Shown here: in pieces, positions 31,011-32,000 of the stretch
Layout of the letters: every line of letters begins with the position of its first letter
Numbering within the stretch: position 1 is the stretch's first letter
Assembly (NCBI GenBank): GCA_000025185.1
Contig: CP001848.1
Span: 2,100,001 to 2,132,000, forward strand
DNA: 32,000 bases
Reading direction: 5' to 3'
Source of the DNA: Pirellula staleyi DSM 6068
GTDB taxonomy: Bacteria > Planctomycetota > Planctomycetia > Pirellulales > Pirellulaceae
The notes under the pieces: generated by a model
Told to the model about the DNA's origin: nothing
Database searches by the model: none
Seen by the model: the letters and a program-made list of their open reading frames with translations, nothing else
Position numbers and translations under genes: made by a program

Positions 31011-32000
31011 TGACAACAGAACAATTGCCGAGTGTGATGCTTGATCACCTCGACCTGATGACCGATTCGACAGGACTGATCCAGCATGGCGTGTATTGCT
31101 TGCCACGTCGCGAAAGTGGCTATACCACCGACGACAACGCACGCGCTTTGCGGCTGTGTGTAGCTTTGTGGAAAACGCGGCCGAGCCAACGGATGCTGGA
31201 GCGCGTGGCGTGCTATTTGAGCTTTCTCGAGCATGCTCGTTGCCCGGTGCGCGGGTTTCATAACTTCTTGAGTTATCAGCGTGATTGGCTCGACGCATCG
31301 GGAACGGGCGATTGCCAAGGCCAGGCCGTTTTGGCGCTGGCGGAAGTCTTGGGAAGCAAGCTGCCTCAAGGCTATCGCGACCTGGCTCGTGAGCTGCTTA
31401 ATGCGGTGCTTTCTGCGGTGGCCGAGCTGCGCAGCTTGCGCGCTCAAGCCTATTTAATTCAAGCCTGGGCGATTCTCGCGCGGGCTGAAGTGACGGAGAT
31501 GGAAACCCTCGAGACGATCGCGCGCTCGTCGGCCGAGCATCTCATGGAATGCTATCGCCGGTCGCAGCGGACCGACTGGTTTTGGTTTGAGTCGCGCATG
31601 ACCTATGCCAACGCGGTGTTGCCGCATGCGCTGTTTGATGCCGAAGAGTGCTGGCCAAATCAGGGCTATCTTGCGGTCGCCCGATCGTCGCTAGGATTTT
31701 TGGATCTCGTGACGACCTCCGAGGGGGTCTTCTGGCCGATTGGCAATCGGGACTGGTTTTCGCATGGCGAAGAGAAATCGCTTTACGACCAACAGCCGGT
31801 CGAAGCATCGACGATGGCCTCGGCTGCGCTCGCCGCGCTAGCCGATCAGCAGGACGACAAGTATCTCGCCATCTACTTGCGTTCGTACGGCTGGTTTCAT
31901 GGTCAGAACAGTTTGGCGCAACCTTTGGCGGATCGACAAACGGGAGGCTGCTTCGATGGACTGCAGTCAAACGGTGTCAACAAGAACCAAGGGGCGGAAT
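31007..32000 (+). CDS. 5'-partial-window CDS (331+ codons, runs off the window end); hypothetical, possibly (alpha/alpha)6 six-hairpin glycosidase-like
   Basis: I translated it by hand. ATG at 31007 overlaps the GT4 stop (ATGA), and the frame stays open to base 32000. The sequence reads [50 protein letters not shown]...[20 protein letters not shown]...[22 protein letters not shown].... It is absent from the ORF track because no stop is present. The fold guess is weak. Confidence 0.7.
   Translation, partial: MMTTEQLPSVMLDHLDLMTDSTGLIQHGVYCLPRRESGYTTDDNARALRLCVALWKTRPSQRMLERVACYLSFLEHARCPVRGFHNFLSYQRDWLDASGTGDCQGQAVLALAEVLGSKLPQGYRDLARELLNAVLSAVAELRSLRAQAYLIQAWAILARAEVTEMETLETIARSSAEHLMECYRRSQRTDWFWFESRMTYANAVLPHALFDAEECWPNQGYLAVARSSLGFLDLVTTSEGVFWPIGNRDWFSHGEEKSLYDQQPVEASTMASAALAALADQQDDKYLAIYLRSYGWFHGQNSLAQPLADRQTGGCFDGLQSNGVNKNQGAE

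Noticed and set aside
1-32000. A scan by eye for CRISPR arrays, IS elements, tRNA/rRNA genes, toxin-antitoxin pairs, reverse transcriptases or known defence-system genes.
   Set aside because: None were seen: no regularly spaced direct repeats, no transposase- or RT-like ORFs, and no T-arm or anticodon structures other than the tmRNA tRNA-like domain.

Overview
The window is a GC-rich bacterial chromosomal segment. Its protein repertoire looks planctomycete-like: tandem signal-peptide PQQ-like beta-propellers, acidic Pro/Ala/Glu linkers, Tat/lipobox lipoproteins, a YXWGXW-repeat protein and few strong Shine-Dalgarno sites. This taxonomic call is an inference from content, not a database hit. 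I support about 32 protein-coding genes, one tmRNA (ssrA) with a strong intrinsic terminator, and a few further hairpins and terminators.

Layout:
- 1-2.4 kb: a partial upstream CDS, then a PUA+SAM rRNA methyltransferase and a HisA/HisF-like TIM-barrel gene.
- 2.5-4.0 kb: a hemerythrin-like gene followed by about 1 kb that is ORF-poor.
- 4.0-12.4 kb: a translationally coupled lipoprotein plus a 670-aa secreted protein, a cupin, and two adjacent PQQ-like propeller paralogs.
- 12.5-21.7 kb: a REC-like protein, small membrane proteins and lipoproteins, a parvulin PPIase, a DUF2817/M14-like protein, a GNAT and an M16 peptidase-like protein lacking HxxEH.
- 21.9-22.3 kb: tmRNA.
- 22.3-29.7 kb: a run of small stress/envelope-type genes. 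These are two divergent MpsC/DUF2294 paralogs, a REC, a tandem-repeat lipoprotein, a 51-aa DUF3309 ORF missed by the track, an HDGK-repeat secreted protein, a YXWGXW-repeat protein, a cold-shock-like protein and an FKBP/SlyD-like protein.
- 29.8-32.0 kb: a GT4 glycosyltransferase ATGA-coupled to an ORF that runs off the window end and is also absent from the track.

I saw no rRNA, tRNA, CRISPR array, transposase, integrase or recognisable defence-system gene. The most unusual signal is an orphan, very strong bidirectional-type terminator at 23117-23163 with no ORF upstream. It sits between the two divergent DUF2294 genes and suggests an unannotated sRNA or attenuator leader. Nothing here can be asserted as a novel system from sequence alone. 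All family assignments rest on motif recognition from memory and need HMM or BLAST confirmation.
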